From contig JAJRWX010000023.1 in assembly GCA_024276605.1 (NCBI GenBank), positions 81,538 through 145,537 of the forward strand: a DNA stretch of 64,000 bases, written 5' to 3'. Origin of the DNA: Planctomycetota bacterium. GTDB lineage: Bacteria > Planctomycetota > Phycisphaerae > UBA1845. Both the position numbers and the translations under genes were made by a program. The notes below the pieces were generated by a model. It worked only from the letters and a program-made list of their open reading frames with translations. It ran no database searches and had not been told where the DNA came from. Below, piece after piece: positions 27,725 to 36,555 of this stretch. How positions within the stretch are numbered: position 1 is the stretch's first letter; the number at the start of each line of letters is the position of its first letter.

Positions 27725-29947
27725 TTAGGCTATAGCAACTTGATGCAAGCCCTTGGAATCAATCTCTTCTCGGCATTGCTGAATAAATCCATCCACCGAT
27801 ACATTGCCGAGCACCTGACCGTCGCGATCGTTCACGTTGACGGTTTGACTCTCCATTTCTTTTTCGCCCACTACAAGAATATAGTTTACCTTAGCCTGGC
27901 GAAAACGGTGCTTTTTAGGGCCAATTTTTTCACTGGTCATATCCAGCTTCACACGTAACCCATCTGCTTGTAAGCGAGCATATAGCTCCAGCGCAAAAGT
28001 CTTGCTCTTATCGCTGACCGTTGTAATACCAACCTGAACGGGCGACAACCATAACGGAAAAGCCCCGGCAAAATGCTCGATGAGAATCCCCACAAACCGC
28101 TCCATGCTACCGAACGGTGCCCGATGGACCATGACCGGTCGGTGTTGGGCGTTGTCCGAGCCGATGTAGGAAAGCTTGAATCGCTCGGGCAAGTTATAAT
28201 CAGCCTGTACAGTGCCCAACTGCCATTTTCGACCGATGCAATCTTTGACCACAAAGTCGATTTTCGGCCCGTAAAACGCAGCTTCGCCTTGCTCCTCCGT
28301 ATAATCAACACCACTGGCCTTGGCCGCTTCACGAATCGCAGCCTCGGCTTTGGTCCAATTCTCATCGGAGCCGACATACTTATCGACTGCAGCATCCCGC
28401 ATACCCAGTCGCACGCTGTAGTCAGTCAGGCCCAGCACGGACAAAACTTTTTTCGTCAAATTGACGGTGGCTAACAGCTCATCAGCCAACTGGTCCGGGG
28501 TGCAAAACAGATGGGCATCGTCCTGGGTAAAGCCCCGGACACGTGTAATACCGCTGATTTCCCCACTTTGCTCAAAACGATACACCGTGCCATATTCTGC
28601 CAGGCGAAACGGTAAGTCCCGATAGCTTCGCAATTTAGAGGCATAGAGGAGAATATGATGGGGACAATTCATAGGCCTTAGCAGATATCCAGGTTCCTCA
28701 CTTAGTGCTGCATACAGGTATTCTATGGTTTTATCGAGCGGCGTATTAGGGTCCAGCCCGTCTACTTTACCCCAGGCATGTGCAATGGCCTCGGTGGCCA
28801 CCACAATGGATTCCAATCCCCGGGTACGATCGTTTTCCGGCAACTTTTGAATGCGCTTAGCCAATTGCAACGCACTTTGAATAGCCTTGCCTCGCTCGGT
28901 CTCGAACATGGCGGGGTATTGCGAATCTTCATAGTACGGATAGTGTCCACTGCAACGATATAAATCAAGATGGCCAACATGCGGGGTGTACACCATTTGA
29001 TACCCCAACTTCTTCATTTCAATGGTCAGAAAATTCTGAAGTTCGGTACGCACGACTGCCCCGTTTGGCTGCCATAGCACCAGTCCGCTACCTACCTGGT
29101 CGCTAATGGTAAACAGATCAAGCTCTTTACCAAGAACACGGTGGTCTCGTTTCTTGGCTTCTTCCATTCGCTCCAGATAATCCGTAAGCGACGACTTCTT
29201 AAAAAAGGCGGTGCCATACACGCGCTGCAAAGGCTGATCATTTACGTCACCACGATAGTGTGAACGGCTAACCTGCAAAATTTTAATAGCCTTGACGAGT
29301 TTGGTAGATGGAATATGTGGGCCTCGACAAAGGTCTTCAAAATGTCCTTCGCGCTGACTTCCAGTCACATAGAAGCTTAATGAATCGCCCTCAGCACGTT
29401 GGGCATTGTCAATCTTGTAACGATTACCTTCATCGCCAAGCTTTGTCATAGCGCGCTCACGCGGTAACTCGTAGCGACAAAATGGTCGATTTTCCTTGAT
29501 AATGCGCGACATTTCCGCTTCGATCCGCGGGAAATCGTCCGGTGTAATGGATTGGTCCAAGTCTATGTCGTAATAAAATCCATCCTCAAGCGGGGGGCCA
29601 TACACTAACTTAGCAGTTGGGAAAAGCTTACAAATGGCCTCAGCCATAATATGTGCGGCGCTATGGCGCAAGACAAGTAAGCTATCGGGCGCATCATCCT
29701 TAGCCGTGAAAATTTCGAGGCGGCAATCACCGGGTAATACCCGATTTAGGTCGAATACCTCGCATTGGTTATGATGTGTGACTCGACCGGCTATGGCCAT
29801 CCGTGCTAAACCCGGACCGATAGCAGCAGCTGCGTCGGCTATTGTGGACGTTTCAGGCAGGTCCAGGATCGTATCATCAGGAAGTGTGACGTTCAGAAAC
29901 GGTCTCCATAAACATACATAAAAAAATACTAAACGGCGAACAAACAA
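27725..29947 (-). CDS. thrS: threonine--tRNA ligase
   Basis: TGS domain (VTLPDDTILDLP...IGPGLARMAIAGRV), editing domain (RHSAAHIMA), class II core (PMNCPHH; FRLAEYGTVYRFE; TRVRGFTQDDAHLF) and anticodon-binding domain. By alignment to E. coli ThrRS the true start is probably CTG at 29896 (GGAGA upstream), not TTG at 29947. Confidence 0.9.
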   Translation of the reverse strand: MFVRRLVFFYVCLWRPFLNVTLPDDTILDLPETSTIADAAAAIGPGLARMAIAGRVTHHNQCEVFDLNRVLPGDCRLEIFTAKDDAPDSLLVLRHSAAHIMAEAICKLFPTAKLVYGPPLEDGFYYDIDLDQSITPDDFPRIEAEMSRIIKENRPFCRYELPRERAMTKLGDEGNRYKIDNAQRAEGDSLSFYVTGSQREGHFEDLCRGPHIPSTKLVKAIKILQVSRSHYRGDVNDQPLQRVYGTAFFKKSSLTDYLERMEEAKKRDHRVLGKELDLFTISDQVGSGLVLWQPNGAVVRTELQNFLTIEMKKLGYQMVYTPHVGHLDLYRCSGHYPYYEDSQYPAMFETERGKAIQSALQLAKRIQKLPENDRTRGLESIVVATEAIAHAWGKVDGLDPNTPLDKTIEYLYAALSEEPGYLLRPMNCPHHILLYASKLRSYRDLPFRLAEYGTVYRFEQSGEISGITRVRGFTQDDAHLFCTPDQLADELLATVNLTKKVLSVLGLTDYSVRLGMRDAAVDKYVGSDENWTKAEAAIREAAKASGVDYTEEQGEAAFYGPKIDFVVKDCIGRKWQLGTVQADYNLPERFKLSYIGSDNAQHRPVMVHRAPFGSMERFVGILIEHFAGAFPLWLSPVQVGITTVSDKSKTFALELYARLQADGLRVKLDMTSEKIGPKKHRFRQAKVNYILVVGEKEMESQTVNVNDRDGQVLGNVSVDGFIQQCREEIDSKGLHQVAIA

Positions 29948-30323
29948 AAAAGCGGATCAAAGCTCGCCAACGCAGGTGGTCCCGGAGCACTGTAGCAGTT
30001 ATGACTGCCAGTAAACTCGGACTACTTGTCATTACGCGTTATCAAGCTTCGAACCGCTTATTATACATTTCGACCAATGCCGATGAGCCTACGCTTTTTC
30101 GCACGGCGCCCAACATACTACCTTACAATACTGCTACATAGTATACATCATATCGACCACTGAGGCCAACATAATTTGTGCAGTGTGTGCGGGTTGACCG
30201 GATGTCCCCCCCCTGCCTTGCGCTCATGCTATTGACACATCGCACGCCCCTATGGATGGGGAGGCATCAAGCCATCAAACGTATCGCACGAAAGATGCCA
30301 TAGCCAAAACGCCCCGGCCTGCG

Positions 30324-30446
30324 CTACGCAAGCCCGAATAGCCCCAGTAGCAAATCGCCGAATATTGCGCTCAATACAGCTGTTATGACAGAAGCGATCT
30401 GAGCGAAGAATTCCGTCGATGTTAAGAATCCGCCAACATCAAGCAT
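30324..30446 (-). CDS. possible 40-aa hydrophobic small protein
   Basis: ATG (complement of 30444-30446) is preceded by AAGGA 9 nt upstream. MLDVGGFLTSTEFFAQIASVITAVLSAIFGDLLLGLFGLA, then TAG. It has one predicted TM helix and is below the ORF-track length cutoff. Confidence 0.25.
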   Translation of the reverse strand: MLDVGGFLTSTEFFAQIASVITAVLSAIFGDLLLGLFGLA

Positions 30447-30657
30447 CGTAATTGTTCCTTGCAAAAAATGCCACTGTGTTTCGTCCACTGCCAGCCACAT
30501 CGGCGAGCATACTACTGTGGGGCGGATTATACGCAGTTATAGCCTCTATGCAAGAATACATGTAAGTTCACGCTTCTATTGATGATGGCAGGGCGTTGTC
30601 GTAGCGAGTAGGGATGTCAGTACGTCCGCCGTCCTGGGTCCAGGAGAAGCATTTGAG

Positions 30658-32178
30658 CTAATCAGCATTTAATGCCGATGCAGCCTGTTCGAGTTGGTAA
30701 CCATCAAGCAGTTCGCCGGTCTTATCCCGTTCCGAGGTTAATACGGTGACACGATCTATCTTGAGATTGATAGCCACGACCTCGGTTACGTGACGGACTT
30801 TCTGTTTCTCGATGCGTACGGGGCCTTTCATTTCTTCGCTTATGGTTGTTGTACGATCCCCAATACGGATCGTTACATTTGGAAATATCTGATCGTAGAT
30901 TTCTACGAAAGCAGGTTCTGTTGTGTTGATGTTGTCCATCAACTCGCCACGGAGTACGTTATCTTTTTCTAATTGCTCCTGAGACGATTGTATCTTGGCC
31001 TCTAATTCGTGCGCAAGATTATGCTGCTGGGTTGTAGACTTATTCCCCTGCGCGGTGACGGAGTCTATGGCGAAGCGAATGCGTTTCATCAAATCCTGAA
31101 TTTTGACGGCTCTGCGATCGATCTCTGCTATTCGTCGAATATCACTTGCTTCAACGCCGACAATGAGTCTCGTGCGAATATTAGCGCTACTACCCAGTGT
31201 GTTCACGCGTATACCCATATGACTGTAAGTTGCGCCACCGATAATACTGGCGTTTGTGGCTTCAACGAAACCATCAACGCACACGTAGGAGTTCATTAAT
31301 TGCGACACGACAATCAAATCCTGTTGGCATACGACATTGGCGTCGGTCATATACTTCGCCGTGATCGATCCGTCCGATTGAATCAGGCCGCATTTACGAC
31401 CAATGATGCCTTTTCGCACAAACAGATCACTCCCGGTATAGACACGTGCCGCTTCAATAGCGCCGCCTACCGTGATGGACCCCCGGGCGGTACAAGACAT
31501 ACCATCGATGATGCGATCCTGAACAAGAAGATGCTCTCCCGTCTTTACGGCACCCGTCTCAATGTTGATGCTACCGGAAATGCATGTACGAGGTTCAATA
31601 GATAATGAACCGCCATGCACCACAACCATGCCTGACGCACAGGCCGTAACTTCGTTCGTCTCGGCGTTCCGTTGTAGTGTATGGTCGAGCTTTAGGGTTG
31701 CAGGCGAACCCTTGCCCGCCACCTCCTGCCCGGTGACATCCATCCCGGATTTCGCCTCCTGCGGCGGCGAAATCGTTCCTATCATATCCCCTTGTTGGAC
31801 ATTGACGACTGCATTAGCCGGGTAACAGTTGACAGCGGCATCATCCTGCCAGGCGTCTGCCTGTTCTTGAAGAGCCGATACAAAGACCAGCGCTTCGTCC
31901 TGCGCATCTTGCGGAGGTATGGCTTCAGCAATGAGCTGCGCAGTCTCACAGGTACCCGATTTGTTGACTATGTCAAGAAAGGTTTTGATGCGTTTCTCGA
32001 CTTGATCATTGACAGGAACCGAGGCTTCTTCCAACGCTTCAATGACATCCTCTCTGGTTAAAGAATTCTTCCGCACGCGCTCGCGTAACATGACAGTGGC
32101 TGACCCACGATCTTCGGAAATAGCGACCACAATGGCCGGTTTTGATTTGGTTGCTGTTGAAGCCACGTTATCACACAC
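30658..32178 (-). CDS. DUF342 / FapA-family protein
   Basis: 506 aa. The central region is a repetitive beta-helix-like segment (GSITVGGAIEAARVYTGSDLFVRKGIIG...ITAKYMTDANVVCQQDLIV...GFVEATNASIIGG). A coiled coil follows (IDRRAVKIQDLMKRIRFAIDS...ELEAKIQSSQEQLEK). This is the typical DUF342 architecture. Confidence 0.7.
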   Translation of the reverse strand: MCDNVASTATKSKPAIVVAISEDRGSATVMLRERVRKNSLTREDVIEALEEASVPVNDQVEKRIKTFLDIVNKSGTCETAQLIAEAIPPQDAQDEALVFVSALQEQADAWQDDAAVNCYPANAVVNVQQGDMIGTISPPQEAKSGMDVTGQEVAGKGSPATLKLDHTLQRNAETNEVTACASGMVVVHGGSLSIEPRTCISGSINIETGAVKTGEHLLVQDRIIDGMSCTARGSITVGGAIEAARVYTGSDLFVRKGIIGRKCGLIQSDGSITAKYMTDANVVCQQDLIVVSQLMNSYVCVDGFVEATNASIIGGATYSHMGIRVNTLGSSANIRTRLIVGVEASDIRRIAEIDRRAVKIQDLMKRIRFAIDSVTAQGNKSTTQQHNLAHELEAKIQSSQEQLEKDNVLRGELMDNINTTEPAFVEIYDQIFPNVTIRIGDRTTTISEEMKGPVRIEKQKVRHVTEVVAINLKIDRVTVLTSERDKTGELLDGYQLEQAASALNAD

Positions 32179-32357
32179 CCCTCCGCGCCGTAAGCACGAT
32201 AAAAAGGCTTATGACCTGCAACGTATTCGACGAGACGATAGTCTAAACGATCTTGCTTAATACGTATTAAGTATCGAGACAATCTCTCGAAAAAACTCAC
32301 CCGCAAATGGGCTTTCATTGCGGCTTCGCCACCGCCGAGAAAAAAATATACTATGCT

Positions 32358-33962
32358 CTAGCCGGTTACAAGTGCGACGTCCGCTTTTGACGAATTATAT
32401 CTGGAACGTATCGCATTGAAGTACGCTTGGCACTCCAAAAAAGCGTCTACAATAACAGGATCAAAGTGCTTCCCACGGTCGGCGCGAATGATCTCCACCG
32501 CTTGTTCGTGAGACCTTGCTGCGGAATATCTACGTTCGCTTGTAATCGCATCATACGCATCGACCAATGCTATGATGCGTGCAGCCAACGGTGTTTCATC
32601 CGCGTTAAGACCTCGCGGATAACCCTTGCCGTTCCAGCGTTCATGGTGACAGTGAGCGATGTCAATGCACATTTGCAATAAGGGCGACTGGTTTGACGCT
32701 TGCAGTGCCTGCGAAAGTACCCGTCTACCAATTTCCGTATGTGTACGCATAATCCGAAATTCTTCGTCCGTGAGCTTGCCAGGCTTAGTTAGAATGTCGT
32801 CGGGGATGCCGACCTTACCGATGTCGTGCATAGGCGCAGCTTGTACCATGTAACGCAGAAAATCGTTGGTTATTTGCGGTGCGTAAGGTGAAGATTTTTG
32901 CAACTGCGCCGCAAGTATTTTGGCGAATACCGCTACACGTTCAAGGTGCTCGGTCGTCTCCTCGTCCTTATATTCCGCTAAATGGGCTACTGTACGTACC
33001 AGCGTACTGACTGACTGTTCTAATTGTTCCTGACGCGTCATACCGTCCAACGTAATCGCAGCCGCATCTGCGATAGATCGAATGCCCTCGATCTCCTCTT
33101 CCTGAAAAGGTTCATCTCCGTTTTTATTCGTGGCATTGATGACGCCGAGAATGCGTTCCGTGTCATGGTGCAATGTGGAAATAAGCGGCGTGCTGACAAA
33201 CATTTCACCTTGATACCGGCGGGCATCCTTACTCCCATCGCCGTAGGCGCGGGCAGCGAGTGTTCGCCCCTGTTTGAATACCTGCCCGGAAATGCCGGTA
33301 TCGTCATTTATCGTCAACTGCTCTGAAACTCCGGCCTCCATACCAATCGAAGCAACGCAGTGGAGTTGATCACCTGTCACATCACGCACGAATAGAGAAA
33401 TACGTGCTGCGCTGGTCATGCGTTGGACACCATGGATGGTGAGTTGATACACCTCGTCTCGCGTTGATGCGCCGTTAAGATCACGCATAAACTCATATAG
33501 CAGTTGCAATCTTTTGGTTTTAACGTCGACTTGCACTTCGAGTTGACTGTTCAAGCGATCGAGGTCTTCCCGTGCACGAGAGAGTTTAAGGACAGTCTGT
33601 ACCCTGGCTAATAATTCTGCCAGTTCAAACGGTTTGCACAAATACTCCTGCGCGCCAGCCTCTAAGCCATGGACAACGTCTTCCGTCCGCGACCGTCCCG
33701 TGAGCATGATAATAGGAATATGTGCCGTTTTTTTGTCACTCTTAATCGTGCGCGTAGCTACGATTCCATCCACGCCGCCGGGAAGCCCGACATCCATGAT
33801 GATGATGTCAGGTAATTTTTCATTGGCCAGTGCATAAGCCTGGGATGCGTTGACGGCTTCAAGTGTGCGAAACCCCGCCGCCTGGAGATGCGCCATCAGA
33901 ATAAATCGCAGTTCCGGGTCGTCTTCAACAACCAAAATATGTCCAAGTACATCGTTGTTCAT
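32358..33962 (-). CDS. response regulator with REC-GAF-HD-GYP architecture (c-di-GMP phosphodiesterase type)
   Basis: REC domain (ILVVEDDPELR...DIIIMDVGLPGGVDG...K). A GAF-like middle region. HD-GYP domain (MHDIGKVGIPDDILTKPGKLTDEEF...HHERWNGKGYPRGL). Confidence 0.85.
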   Translation of the reverse strand: MNNDVLGHILVVEDDPELRFILMAHLQAAGFRTLEAVNASQAYALANEKLPDIIIMDVGLPGGVDGIVATRTIKSDKKTAHIPIIMLTGRSRTEDVVHGLEAGAQEYLCKPFELAELLARVQTVLKLSRAREDLDRLNSQLEVQVDVKTKRLQLLYEFMRDLNGASTRDEVYQLTIHGVQRMTSAARISLFVRDVTGDQLHCVASIGMEAGVSEQLTINDDTGISGQVFKQGRTLAARAYGDGSKDARRYQGEMFVSTPLISTLHHDTERILGVINATNKNGDEPFQEEEIEGIRSIADAAAITLDGMTRQEQLEQSVSTLVRTVAHLAEYKDEETTEHLERVAVFAKILAAQLQKSSPYAPQITNDFLRYMVQAAPMHDIGKVGIPDDILTKPGKLTDEEFRIMRTHTEIGRRVLSQALQASNQSPLLQMCIDIAHCHHERWNGKGYPRGLNADETPLAARIIALVDAYDAITSERRYSAARSHEQAVEIIRADRGKHFDPVIVDAFLECQAYFNAIRSRYNSSKADVALVTG

Positions 33963-34290
33963 GAATACCTAAATATCCCATTCCCAGCCCGCCATGGGGG
34001 CATAAGCCTGGCGTATCACGAGTTTCTCCATCTACCATCGGATAGTTCCCGACCGAGGGATACTTGCGAATCATATACTCGAGGTGAAGCAGGCGAGCTA
34101 TCGGACCGCGCGTAGGATTGATAGGTCAATCGATGAGACTATAGTCATAGCGCCTGGACCTTTCGGTCCGGTAAATGAGCCATTGACCCATTGAATCAGG
34201 CCAATTGTCTAGCGACAAGTCAGATCACTATGATAAGTTGACCAAGTCAGCACGTCGGATAACCTTTTCCTATCGTGAAAACGAAACTTA

Positions 34291-34364
34291 GTCCTCGTGG
34301 CACAATTGGATAGCGCGTCGGCCTCCGAAGCCGAAGGTTACAGGTTCGAACCCTGTCGAGGACG
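34291..34364 (+). tRNA. tRNA-Arg (anticodon CCG)
   Basis: Manual cloverleaf fold. Acceptor GTCCTCG/CGAGGAC. Anticodon arm TCGGC-CTCCGAA-GCCGA. Variable loop AGGTT. T arm ACAGG-TTCGAAC-CCTGT. Discriminator G. No CCA is encoded. Confidence 0.9.
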
Positions 34365-34528
34365 TTGGCGTCATCAGACCGTCGCACAGATTCTCAGACG
34401 CCCCGTAACTATTTAACTAACCTGGACGGTTTCCAATCATTCTGCCTTGTAAATAACACCACAAGTTGATACGATGTCTTTCCGTGTCTTACATTACATA
34501 GCGTCAATAATTCTGGAGGGAGCAAATC

Positions 34529-35625
34529 ATGTCACAAAAATTATCTGTCGTAGTCGCGATTGCATTATTCATTTCGCTAGGAGGACAGCTCGCCACTGCG
34601 GAAGTTACATTCGAGTGGTCAACGGTTGGCAATCCGGGCAACGCTGGCGAGGATTGTAATGGCATTGATGGCTGGGCTAACGTCACCGACCTATCATGCG
34701 GCGCTGTTTCCGATGTTTATATGATTGGTAAACACGAGGTCACCAACAATCAATACATGGAGTTTCTCAACGCCGTGGCGAAGACGGACACCAACGCACT
34801 GTACAACCCGTTAATGGGCTCGGACCCTCGTGGCGGGATCACACAGAGCGGCGTGTCGGGCAGCTTTACTTACAACATCAGGATGAACATGGACAATAAA
34901 CCAGTGAACTTCGTGTCGTTCTTGGATACCATGCGTTTTGTGAACTGGCTGCACAATGGCCAGCCCATAGGTGTCCAAGATGCGAATACGACCGAAGCTG
35001 GCGTATATAACATCGACCTCGGCTTTTCCGAAGTCCGAGCAGCCGGTGCCAAGTTCTTCATTCCTACAGAGAACGAGTGGTACAAGGCAGCGTATCATCA
35101 GCCTTTCGCCGACGGCGGCGACACGGATGATTACTGGCTTTACCCAACAGCGTGCCAACCGTCGCGACCGCCAACACTATCGGAGACATCGCCAACCCTG
35201 GATCGAACGTGGCGAACTATGCCCTCGGCGCCGTCTGGAATTCCCAAATCGGTAACCTAACTACGGTCGGTTCAGCGGGTATGAACACAGCGGGTATGAA
35301 CAGCGAGAGCTACTACGGAACATTAGATCAAGGCGGAAATGTTTACGAGTGGACCGAAGCGTTAGGGCGTGACAACATAAACCCTTCGGAGCGTGGAACC
35401 GTTGGCGGATCGTTTGATACACCGCAAGACGCGTTGCAATCCCGTCGGGATGGGGCACCACCCAGCTTTGAAGCACCAGAGCTGGGGTTCCGCGTCGCAA
35501 GTCCCTTTCTAATGCCCCCAGTCCCATCAGTCTCAACATGGGGCTTAGCTATCATGCTCATACTCATAATCGCAGTAGGAACGATAGTCTTCCATCGCAA
35601 GCCACATGGAACAACAGCACATTAA
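34529..35625 (+). pseudogene. FGE-sulfatase (SUMF1/DUF323) domain surface protein with an IPTL-CTERM-like tail, split by a -1 frame change near 35150-35155
   Basis: ORF 34529-35260 carries the signal peptide and the N-terminal half (IGKHEVTNNQYMEFLNA...VNFVSFLDTMRFVNWLHNG). ORF 35152-35625 in the -1 frame carries the rest (YGTLDQGGNVYEWTE...GGSF...GFRVAS) plus VPSVSTWGLAIMLILIIAVGTIVFHRK. Sense reading joins at ...DYWLYPTA / (V)PTVATANTIGD... Confidence 0.7.
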
Positions 35626-35796
35626 GTTTTGAGTATTCGCTCAAGGGTGGGATAGCTGCCGATGTGTGACGCTCACCCTTGAGCCAACGCCTCCCGCGTC
35701 TTGGCAACACGCGACTGGACAGATATTAAGGCGTTAGTAACTGTAACATCAGTGGTACAGACGCATGCGCTTGCTCACGCACCAACGAAATCATCA

Positions 35797-36159
35797 TCAG
35801 AGCTTATTGTATTCGTCCCGTTCATGTTTCATAAACCAATCGGGCTTTGCCTGAAAATCGCCGTTTACCCCAGCTTGAAGGGCCAGAGCCAGCTTCTCGG
35901 CATTCTTCACCGGGATCACAAAGCAGGGGGTGCCCCATCCTTTGCCTACTGGCAAAGGACGGGGGAAGGCTGTTCCGTGCAATGACAGTGACACTTGCGA
36001 TGCCTTTCGATATACGATCCGTGTAGTGTCGACATCTTGGCACTGTCCGTAAATCATCGGCTCCCCCATGTCCAAAAAGAAGGACATGGGCCACCTTTCG
36101 ATAAAAGATCCGTCCTCCACCCTTGCTATAGGTTCAAGGTCGGTGGTCGTATGTGTCAA
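35797..36159 (-). CDS. hypothetical protein (120 aa)
   Basis: This is the only sizeable ORF in 35626-36555 with protein-like composition (…GKGWGTPCFVIPVKNAEKLALALQAGVNGDF…). No family was recognised. Confidence 0.4.
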   Translation of the reverse strand: MTHTTTDLEPIARVEDGSFIERWPMSFFLDMGEPMIYGQCQDVDTTRIVYRKASQVSLSLHGTAFPRPLPVGKGWGTPCFVIPVKNAEKLALALQAGVNGDFQAKPDWFMKHERDEYNKL

Positions 36160-36335
36160 TGGTGGAGGCAGAGCCGCACGGCGCCAGCCTGCGGACCAGC
36201 GCGTGGCAACAAGTTCATTGGCGTCAACATGGTTAGCCGCGCCAACCTGTTATCATGTCACCAGGCTTGCGCCAGGTGCTCTGACCGTACTCTTCGCACG
36301 ACCAGGCATCGCAATCCAAAACAAGGCCGAAGCGT

Positions 36336-36399
36336 AATAGTTTAACGCAGGTCATCCTTTCGCCAATGAACATTGGCGAAAGAACGACCTGTCCTACCT
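36336..36399. repeat. copy 2 of the ~64-nt hairpin-containing intergenic repeat
   Basis: AATAGTTTAACGCAGGTCATCCTTTCGCCAATGAACATTGGCGAAAGAACGACCTGTCCTACCT. It has a perfect 11-bp stem at 36357-36367 / 36372-36382 and an outer CAGGTC/GACCTG pairing. It is homologous to 18123-18185. Confidence 0.6.
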
Positions 36400-36555
36400 G
36401 CTATGAAACCCCGTTGCGTGTCACGCGGGCTGTGCTTTCCGTCTGGCTCGATTCGCACGACGACGGATAGGCGGTAGCCCTGCCAGCTACAAGAATCGCC
36501 ATAACCACCTGTTGGGCACGCGCAGCGTCCCACAAATCCTTCCGAAGATGAGGCA

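Noticed and set aside
34529-35625. FGE/CLec-fold protein as a diversity-generating retroelement target.
   Set aside because: No reverse transcriptase, template repeat or adenine-specific variable/template pair is present anywhere in the window.
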